Below, one piece after another: positions 1 to 11,853 of a DNA stretch of 64,000 nt (positions are counted from its first letter, which is position 1; the number at the start of each line of letters is the position of its first letter). The translations under genes were made by a program, and so were the position numbers. A model generated the notes under the pieces. The model saw only the letters and a program-made list of their open reading frames with translations. It had not been told where the DNA came from and did not search any database. The stretch comes from an uncultured delta proteobacterium (lineage in GTDB: Bacteria; Desulfobacterota; Zymogenia; Zymogenales; Zymogenaceae), in NCBI GenBank assembly GCA_963792965.1, contig CAWBYW010000011.1:32001-96000 (forward strand), read 5' to 3'.

Positions 1-267
1 CTTCCGGGGATGGTGGACGAGTCAAAGGATGTCCTGTCGTGGATCGCGGATACGCTCGGGCCGGAGACCTCGATCAGCCTCATGTCCCAATATTATCCGA
101 CGCACAGGGCAGCCGAATTTCCGGAGATTGACAGACAGGTCTCGCAACAGGAATATGCCGAAGTCTGTGACTGGGCCCTCTCCCTCGGTTTTGGAAACGG
201 CTGGTTCCAGGAGGAGGGCGCCGAATGTGCGGAGTTCACGCCGGCGTTTGACCTGCGGGGACTGTAG
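1..267 (+). CDS. C-terminal part of PflX-like radical SAM protein (5' end outside window)
   Basis: LPG...ISLMSQYYP...EY.EV...A..LG..NGWFQE...F.P.F tail typical of PflX-like activating-enzyme family; frame open at window edge. Confidence 0.7.
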   Translation, partial: LPGMVDESKDVLSWIADTLGPETSISLMSQYYPTHRAAEFPEIDRQVSQQEYAEVCDWALSLGFGNGWFQEEGAECAEFTPAFDLRGL

Positions 268-381
268 CGGCATGGGGAAGCCCGCTATCGAAGGCGTTTC
301 TCCAAAACCGTTTAAAAGCCCGGTTACGCCGCCCGTCGCTATTGGTCTGTCCCGCAGCGGGAAGCCGTCGGCTGTTCGCGT

Positions 382-582
382 CTATCCCTTTACCTTCTCC
401 CAGACGGGGATGCCGTAGACCTTCTCGTACGCGCGGCAGTAGGGGCAAAAATAGCGCTCAAGCTTCATCAAGTGATAGAAGATCCCCTTGCCCCGCTGCC
501 TTCCCTTGGTACAACCCGGGCACTCATCCTTGCAGAATTGGGCCTTCTTTATCGTCTTCTCGTCGAACTTCTTCTTGGCCAT
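382..582 (-). CDS. small Cys-rich hypothetical protein (66 aa)
   Basis: GGAGG RBS before ATG; CKDECPGC and CPYC motifs. Confidence 0.7.
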   Translation of the reverse strand: MAKKKFDEKTIKKAQFCKDECPGCTKGRQRGKGIFYHLMKLERYFCPYCRAYEKVYGIPVWEKVKG

Positions 583-766
583 GTTATCCTCCGAATGAAT
601 GGGGAAATCCTAACATGATATATCGCTCTTTTCAAGGATAAAGCGGCGCCGATGATGCGCCGCGAGCGGGCGCTCATCCCTATTACTTCTGTATAGCAGG
701 ACGCGGAGCGGACAGAGAGGAAGGGGCCGGGGTTTCAGTGGAGACAGCAGTGGAGATAGGGAGGTG

Positions 767-886
767 AAAAAAGGAAACCCCCATCTTTCTCTCGACTCCG
801 TCTCATGAGTTCAGGCCAGGTCCGGTGTGAGACGTTTTTCTGATCCGTTGTCCGTAGTACCGATGGGGGTGAAGATTCTTAATTTT
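767..886 (-). ncRNA. candidate structured small RNA or leader
   Basis: Follows consensus sigma-70 promoter; 9-bp closing stem (777-785/862-870), inner 7-bp stem (799-805/828-834), 3' U-rich tract; no credible ORF. Confidence 0.4.
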
Positions 887-892
887 GTCGAC

Positions 893-920
893 ATTATACC
901 AATACAAGAAATGATGTCAA
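893..920 (-). promoter_or_regulatory. sigma-70 promoter
   Basis: Minus strand TTGACA-N16-TATAAT with extended -10 TG. Confidence 0.75.
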
Positions 921-1155
921 GAAAAAAATGAATGAGTACCCATTCATAACGTATTTTCTTTGCAAAGAACGTCCTAAATCATATCTTAAAGGAATAAACC
1001 GCCAAGAATAGTTACTGAATATGCCGCTCTCGTTTTCTGCTGTCGTTTCACCCCACACAACTCCCGAAACTCGCCGAGGAACGGACCCGCATCCATCCGC
1101 CTCCCGCTCGAATTGATGCATTAAATCCTTTAATCCATCCCGCGCACGATTTCAC

Positions 1156-1222
1156 TTGACATGATTTAGTAGATTACATAGAATAGACAAATTGTTATAA
1201 ATGTCCAATTATTATATGGACA
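1156..1222 (+). promoter_or_regulatory. sigma-70 promoter of tetR with putative autoregulatory operator
   Basis: TTGACA(1156)-N17-TAGAAT(1179); palindromes GACA-N12-TGTC (1186-1205) and TGTCCA-N9-TGGACA (1202-1222). Confidence 0.65.
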
Positions 1223-1237
1223 GCTATTGTAAGGTAT

Positions 1238-1876
1238 ATGAAAGACAGCACAAAGAATAGGATCCTCGACGTCTCGATGCGCCTGTTCGGCGCTCACGGT
1301 CTGGACAGGACGCGGGTCGAGGATATCGTCGAGCAGGCCCGGATATCAAGGGCAACGTTCTACAACTATTTCTGCAGTAAGGACGAGGTTTTTTTCTGTC
1401 TGATAGAAACCGAGCTTAATACGATACAGAGGAAAATCGATACGGCGCTGGAACAGGAGGAGGATCCCTTCGCGAAGATAAAGATCTATTTTTTTCAAAT
1501 GATCCTCGGCTCTCGGGAGATCATGCGGCTGTTGAACATCCGGCATGACGAAATCGAGTCATTGCCCCAAGTGCCCAGGAAACTGATGGAATCGGGTCTC
1601 AAAAGCGGTCTGAAAACGGTTAGCGAGATCCTCGATTACGGAGTAAGGCGCGGCGCCTTTACCGTATCGAACCCGGAGCTTACCGCCCACGTCATACTGA
1701 GCGCCCTGGATATATTTGTCAACCCTTTCAAGCTGGGTTCAATCGAATTGGAAACGGCCGAAGAACAGCTCGATCGAGTTCTCGACGTGATCCTTTTCGG
1801 CTTCGCCAAGCGCCGCGGCGCCTCGGCGGCCGCCGAGAGAAATGGAGACAGTCCCACCTTACTAAAACTAAACTGA
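1238..1876 (+). CDS. TetR/AcrR family transcriptional regulator
   Basis: N-terminal HTH: ILDVSMRLF..HG...T.VEDI...A.ISRATFYNYF.SKDE. Confidence 0.95.
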   Translation: MKDSTKNRILDVSMRLFGAHGLDRTRVEDIVEQARISRATFYNYFCSKDEVFFCLIETELNTIQRKIDTALEQEEDPFAKIKIYFFQMILGSREIMRLLNIRHDEIESLPQVPRKLMESGLKSGLKTVSEILDYGVRRGAFTVSNPELTAHVILSALDIFVNPFKLGSIELETAEEQLDRVLDVILFGFAKRRGASAAAERNGDSPTLLKLN

Positions 1877-2003
1877 TAATGCGGCTGCGATAAAGTGATC
1901 TGCTGGATCTCGGATGATCCCCAGGCACTCATGCATCGGTATGCTTTACGAAATACTCAATGTGATGCTCTCAGATGAGCGGCGAATTCAAAAGGGATAG
2001 GAT

Positions 2004-3134
2004 ATGAAGAAACTGCATGATGTCATTGGACGATTAAAGGATGTTCCGTGGCCCTTCACCAAACGGCAGACCATCCTCGGCGCATGTGTCGTGGTGGTGG
2101 TGGTTTTTTTCGGGATACGGATATACGGTTACATCGTTAAGGAGCCGACCCTCTCGCTGGAGGAGATCTACAAGATCGAGGGCGTCCCCGTGGAAGTGGC
2201 CGACGTTACCCGCGGGCAGATGGAGATCTGGAAGACTTTTCCCGGGGATCTTAAAGGGATCCGCCAGGCGGAGCTTACCTCCGATCTGAGCACCCGGGTA
2301 GTCAAACTCCTGCATAGCGTGGGTGATCAGGTCAAAAAGGGCGATATCATCATGAAGATCGATCCCAACGATGCATCGAGCATGACCGTCAAGTTCAATG
2401 AGGATCAACAACTTTATCTGAAATCCATTCGGGATTACGAGCGGATGAAGATCCTCTATGAGGCGGGGGCCGTCTCCAAACAGGACTACGAGAACGCCCG
2501 GACCGCGTACGATATCGCCCAGTCTAACTACGGAAAGTCCAAGGAATCGGTGGAGATCCCCGCTCCGTTCGACGGAACGCTGACAAACATTAACGTCAAC
2601 GAGGGCGACCGCATCTCCTCGGGGATGATACTCGGCACCGTAGCCGTCACCGACCAGATGCGGGTGGACCTCAGCCTCTCGGAGGAAAAGGCGAAAATGA
2701 TCGCCAAGGATCAACCTGCAAAGATCGTCGTACCCTTACCGTCCGGTCGGGACGTCACCGTGTCGGGCGTGGTGGATTTCGTATCGCTCTCGGCCGACCC
2801 CATCACCGGTCTCTTCGGCGTACGCGTCACGTTCGAAAATCCCGATGGGATTCTGGTGCCCGGCACCGTCACCCGGGTGCAGATCCTCGTTTTCTCGTCC
2901 CCGGACGCCCTGACTGTCCCCACCTCCGCCCTGTCGACGGAGGGCGATAACCGTTTCGTCTGGATCGTGGATAAAAAGAAGATCGCGACAAAGCGAATGA
3001 TTACCGTGGGCTGGCAGGGAGACGAATCCGTTGAGATTATCGCCGGCGTCAACGTGGGCGACCGGGTCGTCACCAAGGGACAGAACAAATTGACCGACAA
3101 GCCACTCGTCAAGATCCTCAATCCGGAGAAATAA
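2004..3134 (+). CDS. RND efflux periplasmic adaptor (MFP) 1
   Basis: N-terminal TM; GDQVKKGD lipoyl half, helical hairpin, IPAPFDG, LVPG, VP..AL; adjacent to RND permease. Confidence 0.93.
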   Translation: MKKLHDVIGRLKDVPWPFTKRQTILGACVVVVVVFFGIRIYGYIVKEPTLSLEEIYKIEGVPVEVADVTRGQMEIWKTFPGDLKGIRQAELTSDLSTRVVKLLHSVGDQVKKGDIIMKIDPNDASSMTVKFNEDQQLYLKSIRDYERMKILYEAGAVSKQDYENARTAYDIAQSNYGKSKESVEIPAPFDGTLTNINVNEGDRISSGMILGTVAVTDQMRVDLSLSEEKAKMIAKDQPAKIVVPLPSGRDVTVSGVVDFVSLSADPITGLFGVRVTFENPDGILVPGTVTRVQILVFSSPDALTVPTSALSTEGDNRFVWIVDKKKIATKRMITVGWQGDESVEIIAGVNVGDRVVTKGQNKLTDKPLVKILNPEK

Positions 3135-3135
3135 T

Positions 3136-6100
3136 ATGAAGCTCGTCGAGACCGCCGTCAGGCGGCCGGTCCTCACCGTCATGATGGTCACGGTCCTTAT
3201 TGTCCTGGGGCTCTTTTCCTTCAGGCGCCTGACCATAGATCTCTTCCCTAAGGTGGATATCCCCGTGGTCAGCATTACCACCATCTATAAGGGCGCCGGC
3301 CCCAAGGAGGTGGAGAGCCAGGTGACCGAGAAGATCGAAGATGAGGTTTCCACCGTCAGCAACGTCAAGACCGTCAATTCCACCTCGATGGAAAACGCCT
3401 CGATCATCACCGTCGAGTTCAACGTGGGCACCAACATCGATTTCGCGTCCATCGAGATCAAGGATAAGGTGGACTCCATCCTCAATACACTACCGGAGGA
3501 TGTCGAACGGCCCACGGTCGTCAAGTTCGACCTCAACGCCCTGCCGATCATGAACCTTTCGGTTTCATCCGACCGCCCCCTCAACGAGGTCTATGACATC
3601 GCGGATAACCAGATCAGGGACCGGCTCAACCAGATCAACGGCCTGGCCTCCGTCGAGATCGTCGGGGGACTCCAGCGTGAGATCCAGGTGAACGTCAGCA
3701 AGGAGGCGCTTCTCCGATACGGGCTCACCATCAACGATCTGGCGGCCGTTATCGGGGCCGAGAACAAAAATGTACCTGTGGGGCGCCTGACGCGGCCCGA
3801 GGGAGAATACACGCTGCGTGTTCAGGGCGAGTATACAACCATAGCCGACATTGCGGCCACTACCGTCGCCACGCCAAAGGGGGGGACGGTCACCATCGGG
3901 GATATCGCGACCGTTAAGGACTCCTTCAAGGAGCGGCGGGACTCGGCCACATACAACGGAAGGCCGTCGGTGGGCGTCATCATCTACAAGCGCTCCGACG
4001 CCAACACGGTTCAGGTGGCCACGGACGTATATCTCGCCATCAGGGACCTCAAGAAGATGATCCCCGAGGGTTATGAGATAGGCCTTGCCCAGGACAACTC
4101 GACTTTCATCACACGGTCGGTCAACGACGTGTTAATGAACATCGTCCTCGGCATTCTTATCACCGCGTTTTTCCTCTATGTCTTCCTGCACAATTTGCGT
4201 TTCACCTTCATCGTATCCATGACGATGCCCACGTGCATCATCTCCTCGTTTATCCTCATCTACGCCGCGGGTTTTACCCTCAACGTAATCAGCCTCATGG
4301 CGCTGGGTATCTCCGTCGGGATGCTTGTCAACGACTCGCTGCTGATACTGGAGAATATCGATCGCCATATCTCAATGGGCGAGCCTCCGGCGATGGCCGC
4401 CAACAACGGCGCCTCGGAGATCGCCCTTGCGGTATCGGCAACCACCATGACGCACATGGTGGTCTTCACCCCCATCGCGTTCATGAGCGGCATTATCGGC
4501 CAGTTCTTCAAGCAGTTCGGGATCACCGTGGTCTTCGTCACGGCCATATCGCTCTTGTGCGCCTTTACCTTGACGCCGATGCTTGCCTCAAAGCTCCTCG
4601 GACAGAGGAAGAAGACCGGGCGAGGGGAGGCTGGCGCGGATGAAATACGTCCATCGCGGACGGGAGATCATCAGGGCATTTTTTAGTAGATGGGACAAGC
4701 TTTACGAGAATATAAAATCGCGCTATGGGACCGGCCTCCTCTGGTGCCTCAACCACCCGAAACAGACGGTACTGACGGCGCTGGGCCTCTTTTTACTCTC
4801 CTTCGTCCTCCTCTTTCTGGTGGGCGGCGAGTTCACGCCTTACACCGATCAGGGCTACATGGTCGTGGAGGCAACGATGCCGTCCCAGACGACGCTTGAG
4901 GAGACCGAGCGCGTCATGACGGAGATAGCCGCAATCGTAAAGAAACACCCCGAGGTAGAGAGCACCTTCATCTCAATCGGGGGAACAAACATGGGCATCA
5001 ACGAAGGTCAGCTGATCGTCAAGCTCGTCCCCCTTTCCGACAGGGATCTGACAAGCAGGGAGTTCGTGAACGTCATCAGGCCGGAGCTCGCGTCCATCCC
5101 GTCTGCGGATATTACTCTCTCCGAGAACACCTCCATATCCGGACGGGCCGAAGCCGGCGTCACCGTCGATGTGACCGGCCCCGACCTGGACACTGTGAGA
5201 AAGCTCTCAAATGAAATGTTGACGTTCATGTCCGCCAACAAAGGGCTGACGGACGTGAAGACCTCAGAAAAGGATCCGAAGCCCGAGATCCGTTTCATCC
5301 CGGATCGGTACCGGATATCCTCTTTCGGCATCAACACCTCCGCGGTCTATTCCGCCCTCAGGACGTCGTTTGAGGGGGACGTGCCCTCGGTCTTCAGGGA
5401 CAAAGGCAAGGAATACGACATCCGGGTGAGGCTTGCGGAGGCGGACCGCACCGACGTCGATTCCTTTTCGGGCGTGATGATCGCCACTCCGAAGGGAGCG
5501 GTCCCCGTCAGCCGCCTGGGGGACGTGGCGAAAACGACCGGGGAATCGGAGATACTGCGCAAGAACCGCAACAAGCTCATCACGGTATCGGCAAACATCG
5601 GCTCGGGGACGCTCGGCGACTATGAGGCAAAGATCAAATCAAAGAGGGCCGACATGGACGTCCCTCAGGGGTACACCGTGGCGCTCGCCGGCGAGAGCGA
5701 GCGCAAGGCCGAGGCCTTCGGGGACCTCTTCGGGGCGCTCTTCTTGTCGATTATCCTCGTCTATATCCTCCTGGCGGCCATGCTCGAATCCTACGTCCAC
5801 CCGTTCACGATCATGCTCTCGCTCCCACTGGGTCTCATCGGCGTGGCCACGGCGCTGTTCATCGGGAGACAGACCATCAACATACTGTCGATGATGGCCG
5901 TCATCATGCTCGTCGGCGTCGTCGTCAATAACTCCATCCTGATACTCGAAAACGCCGGCCGGCTACGGGACGAGGGGATGCCCCGCCGGAAGGCCCTCGT
6001 TGAGTCCTGTAACCTCAAGTTCCGGCCGCTTGCCATGGCAAACCTCGCCATTGCGTGTTCCCTCATCCCGCAGCTCCTCGGCAACGCCGAGACCGGATTC

Positions 6101-6265
6101 CAGAAAGCGATGGGGACGGCCACGATCGGCGGAATCCTGACAGCGGGGGTCTTCACCCTCTTCCTGATCCCGGTTATTTACGAGTACCTCGACCGATTCA
6201 CCAAGAAGGGACGGCTGGAGTCGGAGAAATCACGACCGGCGCGACGGCCGGGAGACCGAAACTGA
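3136..6265 (+). CDS. RND efflux permease 1 (AcrB/AcrD/AcrF family), one frameshift near 4600-4690
   Basis: AVRRPV start, DLFPKVDIP, GAGPKEVE; ORFs 3136-4686 and 4583-6265 join into a full-length (about 1040 aa) RND permease. Confidence 0.92.
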
Positions 6266-6314
6266 TCGATAGAGGGTCCGGACCAGGTGACTCCTATTTT
6301 ATAGGAGATAAAAA

Positions 6315-6341
6315 AGAGGGGGGCAAACAGCCCTCCCTCTC
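6315..6341. terminator. putative intrinsic terminator hairpin after RND permease 1
   Basis: AGAGGGGGGC-AAACA-GCCCTCCCTCT preceded by an A-tract. Confidence 0.45.
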
Positions 6342-6640
6342 TGCATCTCCTGCGTGTCTTTCCGTAAGGCGCCTTCTGCGTTCCCCCTCGTGCGGCCGTC
6401 GAAAGACCTCTCCGCGAGACGATACCGATACGACGGACTATTGATGTAGCGTCGGGCGTGCGTACTCGGAAGGGGGTGGGCGAGGGAAGGGGATAGAGGG
6501 AGTTTTTTCCCGGTCTGATGATATTTGTCCGAAGGTTCCTATATCCCACGCGGTTTAATATAGAACACGCACGTTATTCGATGGGGAGAGCGCACCTCCT
6601 TTTCGCCTTCAGGATTGGGTTCAATAAAGGTCGCTATAAT

Positions 6641-6660
6641 CCGATAATATTGTCTATCGG
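6641..6660. promoter_or_regulatory. palindromic putative operator upstream of second RND module
   Basis: CCGATA-N8-TATCGG immediately after a TATAAT in an AT-rich stretch. Confidence 0.35.
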
Positions 6661-6752
6661 TATATACTTTCGGATAAAACTATAGTAAAATAGTTAGAGT
6701 TTATTAGGCGCCGCAGGTCGGCGGACGATAGTACGGACAAGGAGTTAGAGTC

Positions 6753-7677
6753 GTGGTAAATAAGAATAGACGTTTCGCGCTTATCATTCTTATCCCGGTT
6801 GCGCTCGCACTGATGGTTCTGATCGGGATCAGGTTCGGTGGTTCCAAATTGTTTGCAAAAGAAGGAGTGAACGAGACCACCGCAAGTCCCGTGTCGGCGG
6901 TTGTGGTGAACATCGGCACCATATCCGACACCCTTTCCTACACCGGAGACCTACACGCCGAGGAGGAAGCCCTCGTCTACAGCATGGTTAACGGAAGAGT
7001 CGTGAAGTATAACCATAAGGATGGCGATAAGGTATCCAAAGGCTCCCCACTGGTGACGCTGGAGAGGGAAGAAACCTGGGACGGATTCAAGCCGGTTATC
7101 GTCGAGTCGCCTATCTCGGGGACGGTCGCCACAAACTATCTGACTACCGGCGAACGGGCGACACCCGAGACGCCGCTGGCGCTCGTTGTCGGAGGAGGCG
7201 CAATCACAGTAAACATCAAGGTGCCCGACAAAGAGGTTGCCCGGATCGATAAAGGCATGAAGGCCGAGCTGACTGTTGCTACGGCGCCGGGCGTCGTGTA
7301 TGAGGGCACGGTAGAACGGGTGAGCCCGGTGATCGACCGGACGACCCGAACTTCGCAGGTGGAGATACGCATCAGCTGATGCGGACGGATCGCTCCGCGC
7401 GGGGATGTTCGGGAACGTCACCATCATCCTGGAAGAGAAGAGTGATGCGCTCCTGATTCCCGCGGGGTCCGTGATTTTCGAAAAGGAGGGAAATGAAGAC
7501 CCGTATTGCTTCGTCATCGAAAAGAATGTTGCGAAAAAAAGGGCCCTTACCGTTGGAATCACTCAGAAAGATGTGATAGAGGTAGTCTCGGGCCTGACAG
7601 CGGGAGATAAGGTGGCAACGCTCGGAAAAGAGAACCTGAGCGACGGCACGGCAGTTAGAATCGTCGAATCCTTTTAG
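6753..7677 (+). CDS. RND efflux periplasmic adaptor (MFP) 2, short hairpin; frameshift near 7375
   Basis: TM anchor, GDKVSKG, ESPISGTV, VSPVIDRTTRT; continues LRAGMFG..IP in another frame. Confidence 0.88.
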
Positions 7678-7688
7678 GGGTCTCTTTA

Positions 7689-10600
7689 ATGGCGCTGCTG
7701 AGATATTTCGTCAAGAACCACGTGCTCGTCAATATGATCACGCTGGGCGTGCTGCTGCTCGGCGTGGTCCTCACCTCCAGGCTCAACCGTGAGGTGATGC
7801 CCTCGATTTCCTACGGGACGATCAGCATTACGACGGCCTATCCGGGGGCGTCTCCGGAAGAGGTGGAGGGGGTCGTCACCACGCCCTTCGAGGAGGCGCT
7901 CGCCGGCACCCAGGGGATCAAGACCCTCGAGTCGCAATCAAGGGAGGGGGAATCCGATATAACCATCACGGCAGAGAGCGGCATCGAGGGACCGGCGCTC
8001 GACCAGCTGCTCAACGATGTAAAGAATAAGGTGGGCACCGTCCAGGATATTCCCACGGACGTCCAGCAGCCACAATACGAAAAGTTCTCCCCGAACTTCT
8101 CGGTCGTCACGGTGACGCTGTCCGGTGACGCTCCCGAGGAGACGCTCAGGGCCGCTTCCGAGCGGATCAAGACGGAAATAGAGGCAATCGACGGTATTGA
8201 CTCGGTCGAGCGGGACGGCTACCGCGACCGGGAGGTGTGGGTATCCGTGGACCCACGGCGGCTTGAAGCGGCCAATCTCTCGATGTCCGATGTTGTCACA
8301 GCCATCAGGAACCGGAACCTTAACATCCCCGGCGGCACCATCGACCTGGGGAGGAAAGAGCTGTTGGTCCGCACGATCGGCGAGGTCGAAGGTCCCGCGG
8401 ACGTGGGAAACGTCATCGTGCGGTCGCTCGGCAGCGGCGTCGACCAGGGTGGGCGACATCGCCGATGTGACGGAGACCTATAAGAAATGGGACGTGATCG
8501 GCCGCATCAACGGGAAACCCTCCATCAACCTTCAGGCCAACAAGACGGCCAGCGGCGATATAATCAAGATCGTCGGCGAGATAAGGAATCTGGTTCAGGA
8601 AGAGAAGTCCATCCTTCCCCCCGGGGTTAAGATCGACCTGGTCCGTGATAATTCTGTTGTGGTCCAGAAGAGGCAGAGGAAACTCTTCACGGACGGGATA
8701 GTGGGACTGATCCTCGTGCTGGTCATCATGTATCTGATTCTCGACGCGAAGATTGCGCTCTGGTCGGCCGCCTCGATCCCCTTTTCCTTCCTGTTGTCCC
8801 TTATTATCATGTACTACATGGGGATCACGCTCAACCTCCTGTCGATGTTCGGGCTCATCCTTGTCCTCGGGATGGTCGTCGACCAGGCCATCGTCGTGGC
8901 CGAGAACTCGTTCCGATACCGGGAGATGGGACTATCCATGGAAGAGTCCGTCCTCACGGGCACCCATGAGGTCATCATGCCGGTGGCCGCGGCCGTTACG
9001 GCCCACGTCGCATCGCTCTTACCGTTGATGTTCACCTCGGGCATCATGGGGAAATTTCTGAAGGTCATCCCCGAGGTGGGGATCATCTGCTTCCTTGCCT
9101 CCTGGTTCCAGGCCTTCTTCATCCTTCCCTCGAACCTGAACCAGTTCGTAAGGATCTCCGTGCACCAAAAGAAGCAGGACTTCCGCTCCTGGTTCAACAA
9201 GGTCAGGGATTTTTACGGCGAGCTTCTCACCTATGCGCTGAGGCGGCGCTACCTGATCTTTATCGGCCTTAATGTCGTGGCAGTCACGACGATAATTTTC
9301 GGCTTCCTGACCATGGAGTTCGTCTGGATGGGGATGGGGAAATCAACAGATGAGCAGTTCAACATCATGATAAGCAACCCGGTCAACAGCAACCTGAACG
9401 AGACCGACCGGGTGATGAAGCAGATGGAGAAAGTCGTGATGGACCTTCCCGCGGGTGAGGTGGCCTCCGTGGTGACCACCGTCGGAAGGTCCCGGGGTGA
9501 AAACGGCACCTACCTCGGCCGGATTTTAGTGGAGCTGACCGAGAAGGGATACAAGAAGGTAGGTACCGACCAAATTATCGATTCGCTCAGGAAGAAGTTC
9601 GGGCTTATCCCCGGCCCGACGTCGATCACACTGCAAAAGCAGACGGGAGGCCCCCCGACCGGTTCCCCGGTTTCCGTGGAAATCTCGGGAGAAGACTTTG
9701 GAATTCTGGACAAACTCGCGCATCAGGTCATGAATGAGTTGAAGACGGTAAGGGGGGTCACCGATATCGAAAGTAACTACCTCAAGGGAAAAGACGAATA
9801 CAGGATCGACATTGACGAGTATAAGGCCAGGACGCTCGGGCTCGATGTCGCAAAGGTGTCGACCGAGATCCGCGACGCCTTTTCCGGCGGCGACGGTGGA
9901 AACATCAGGCGTGGTGATGAGAAGATCAACATCGTCGTTAAGTATAATGACCTTTTCCAGAACCCGAACTACCTGATGAACTTCTCCGTCCCCAACTCAA
10001 CCGGGGATCGAATCCCGATCAGGAGCCTTGCCGACGTCGTCTACGGCAGCGGGATATTCAAGGTATATCACTCCGACCGAAAACGGACGATCACCGTCAC
10101 CGCCGACATCATCAGCGATGAAAATACGTCCGCCGGTGTCACTAAGGAGCTGATGAAGAAGTTCGGGACCGCAAGCACGGTGTATCCCGGGTACTTCTTC
10201 AGTTATACCGGCGAATACCAGGATACGCAGGAGTCGCTGAAATCGATGATCCAGGCGCTGTGGCTCGTGCTCGGGATCATCTACATCATCCTGGCGGTGC
10301 TGTTCCGCTCCTTCATCCAGCCCGTCATCATTATGTTCGCCATCCCCTTTGCCTTCATCGGGGTCTTCTTCGGGCTCTTCGTCATGGGCGAGCAGCTGTC
10401 GCTGTTTGCCTTCATCGGGGTGATCGCGCTTATGGGGATCGTCGTGAGCAACTCGATCCTGCTGCTTGATTTCATCAATCGCGCCAGAGCTGCGGGCAGG
10501 CCGCTGTTCGAGGCGGTCAAGGAATCGGGGATGATACGTCTGAGGCCCATACTGCTGACGAGCCTCACGATCCTGATGGGGCTTTTCCCGATGGCCTTTG

Positions 10601-10776
10601 CGATCGGCGGGCGCGAGCAGCTTCTCACGCCCATGGCGGTGTCAATGTTCTGGGGCATCCTCTTTTCAACGATGCTCACCCTCTTTGTGGTACCTTGCCT
10701 CTACGTCATCGTCGAAGACATCAAGGGACGTTACCCGAAGGTTTTCGGGCCGGGCGCTGAGCCCTCCCGCTCATGA
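7689..10776 (+). CDS. RND efflux permease 2, frameshift near 8440
   Basis: YPGASPEEVE, N.NIPGG, RLRPILLT; ORFs 7689-8483 and 8197-10776 join. Confidence 0.92.
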
Positions 10777-10851
10777 GTGGCGATGAGTGAAGCGACCGCC
10801 GAGGCCTTCGTGCCGGCTGTCCTTCCCTCGTATTATTCCTGCTTTCCGCGA

Positions 10852-10880
10852 TTGCATCAACCGGGTCAATACTGTATAAT
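10852..10880 (+). promoter_or_regulatory. sigma-70 promoter of MBL hydrolase
   Basis: TTGCAT-N17-TATAAT, GGAGGT RBS at 10891. Confidence 0.65.
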
Positions 10881-10905
10881 CTCCAAAACTGGAGGTGGTA
10901 TCGGG

Positions 10906-11853
10906 GTGAAGACAGATGACCTGTTAGTCGAGCCGGTTTGCGATGACCTCTTTTGTCTGCGACCCGCACACTCTATGTGGCCCGCGGCCGCGGCGGTCTA
11001 CGTCGTTGTCGATTCAGACGGCTTTTCGCTCATCGATGTCGGATGCGGCGGCCCGGGGGCGATTGAGCGGTTACGAGCGGGTCTAAAAAGTCTGGGGCTT
11101 GAGCTTGCGTCTCTTAAGACCGTGGTCCTCTCCCATGCCCATCCCGACCACATGGGCGCAGCCGAGATGCTCTTGAATGAATGCCGGCCCACCGTTCTTA
11201 TCCACCGTGACGATTTTGATCATGCACGAAACCCCGATGGGCTTATTGGCACCTTCGATATCGATCTTGCACGGCGGATGTACGGCAAGGCGGAGGGCCC
11301 GGTGAGCGACCTTTTTTCTTTCTTCGACGGATCGGGGTGATCGATGTCTCGTGCCGACCCGGGCGGGTCGCTCTCAGAAGGGGATGTCGTTACACTCGGC
11401 CACTACCGTTTTGAGGTGATACATACCCCCGGCCATTCGCCGGGCCACATCTCGCTCTTCGATCGAAAGACAAAAATCCTCTTCGGAGGTGACCTCGTGG
11501 GAGATATCGTGGCATGGTACACCCCGGCGTCGGGCGGGGTAACGGGCTATCTTAAGAGCCTCGAGAAGATTCAGGCATGCAAGGCGAGCCTCATCCTCCC
11601 CTCTCACGGAATGATCGTCCACGATCCGATCAAAAAAATCGACCAGGTAAGAGAAAAGCTCCTTTCCAGGGAGAGGAAGATGCTGAGCATCTTAAGTGAG
11701 GGGAGGGTTTCCTTTACAGGGCTGGTGAGGCGAATGTTTCCCAACGAGATGGTCCGATTTTTTCCCGGTACCGGCATCACGGAGAGTCACGCCCAAAAAC
11801 TGGAGGGAGAGGGTAAGGTGAGGCGCATCGGCGCAGAAATCGAGATCATATGA
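10906..11853 (+). CDS. MBL-fold metallo-hydrolase with C-terminal winged-helix-like tail; in-frame TGA at 11338-11340 (possible selenocysteine)
   Basis: HAHPDH, HTPGHSPGH, GD, PSHG motifs split between two same-frame ORFs separated only by TGA-TCG; GTG start after RBS. Confidence 0.85.

Noticed and set aside
811-826. CAGGTCCGG resembling the SRP RNA core
   Set aside because: Lacks the following AAGGAAGCAGC; the promoter points to the opposite strand
7377-7379. TGA in MFP 2 as possible selenocysteine
   Set aside because: The downstream half is in a different frame, so this is an indel, not read-through
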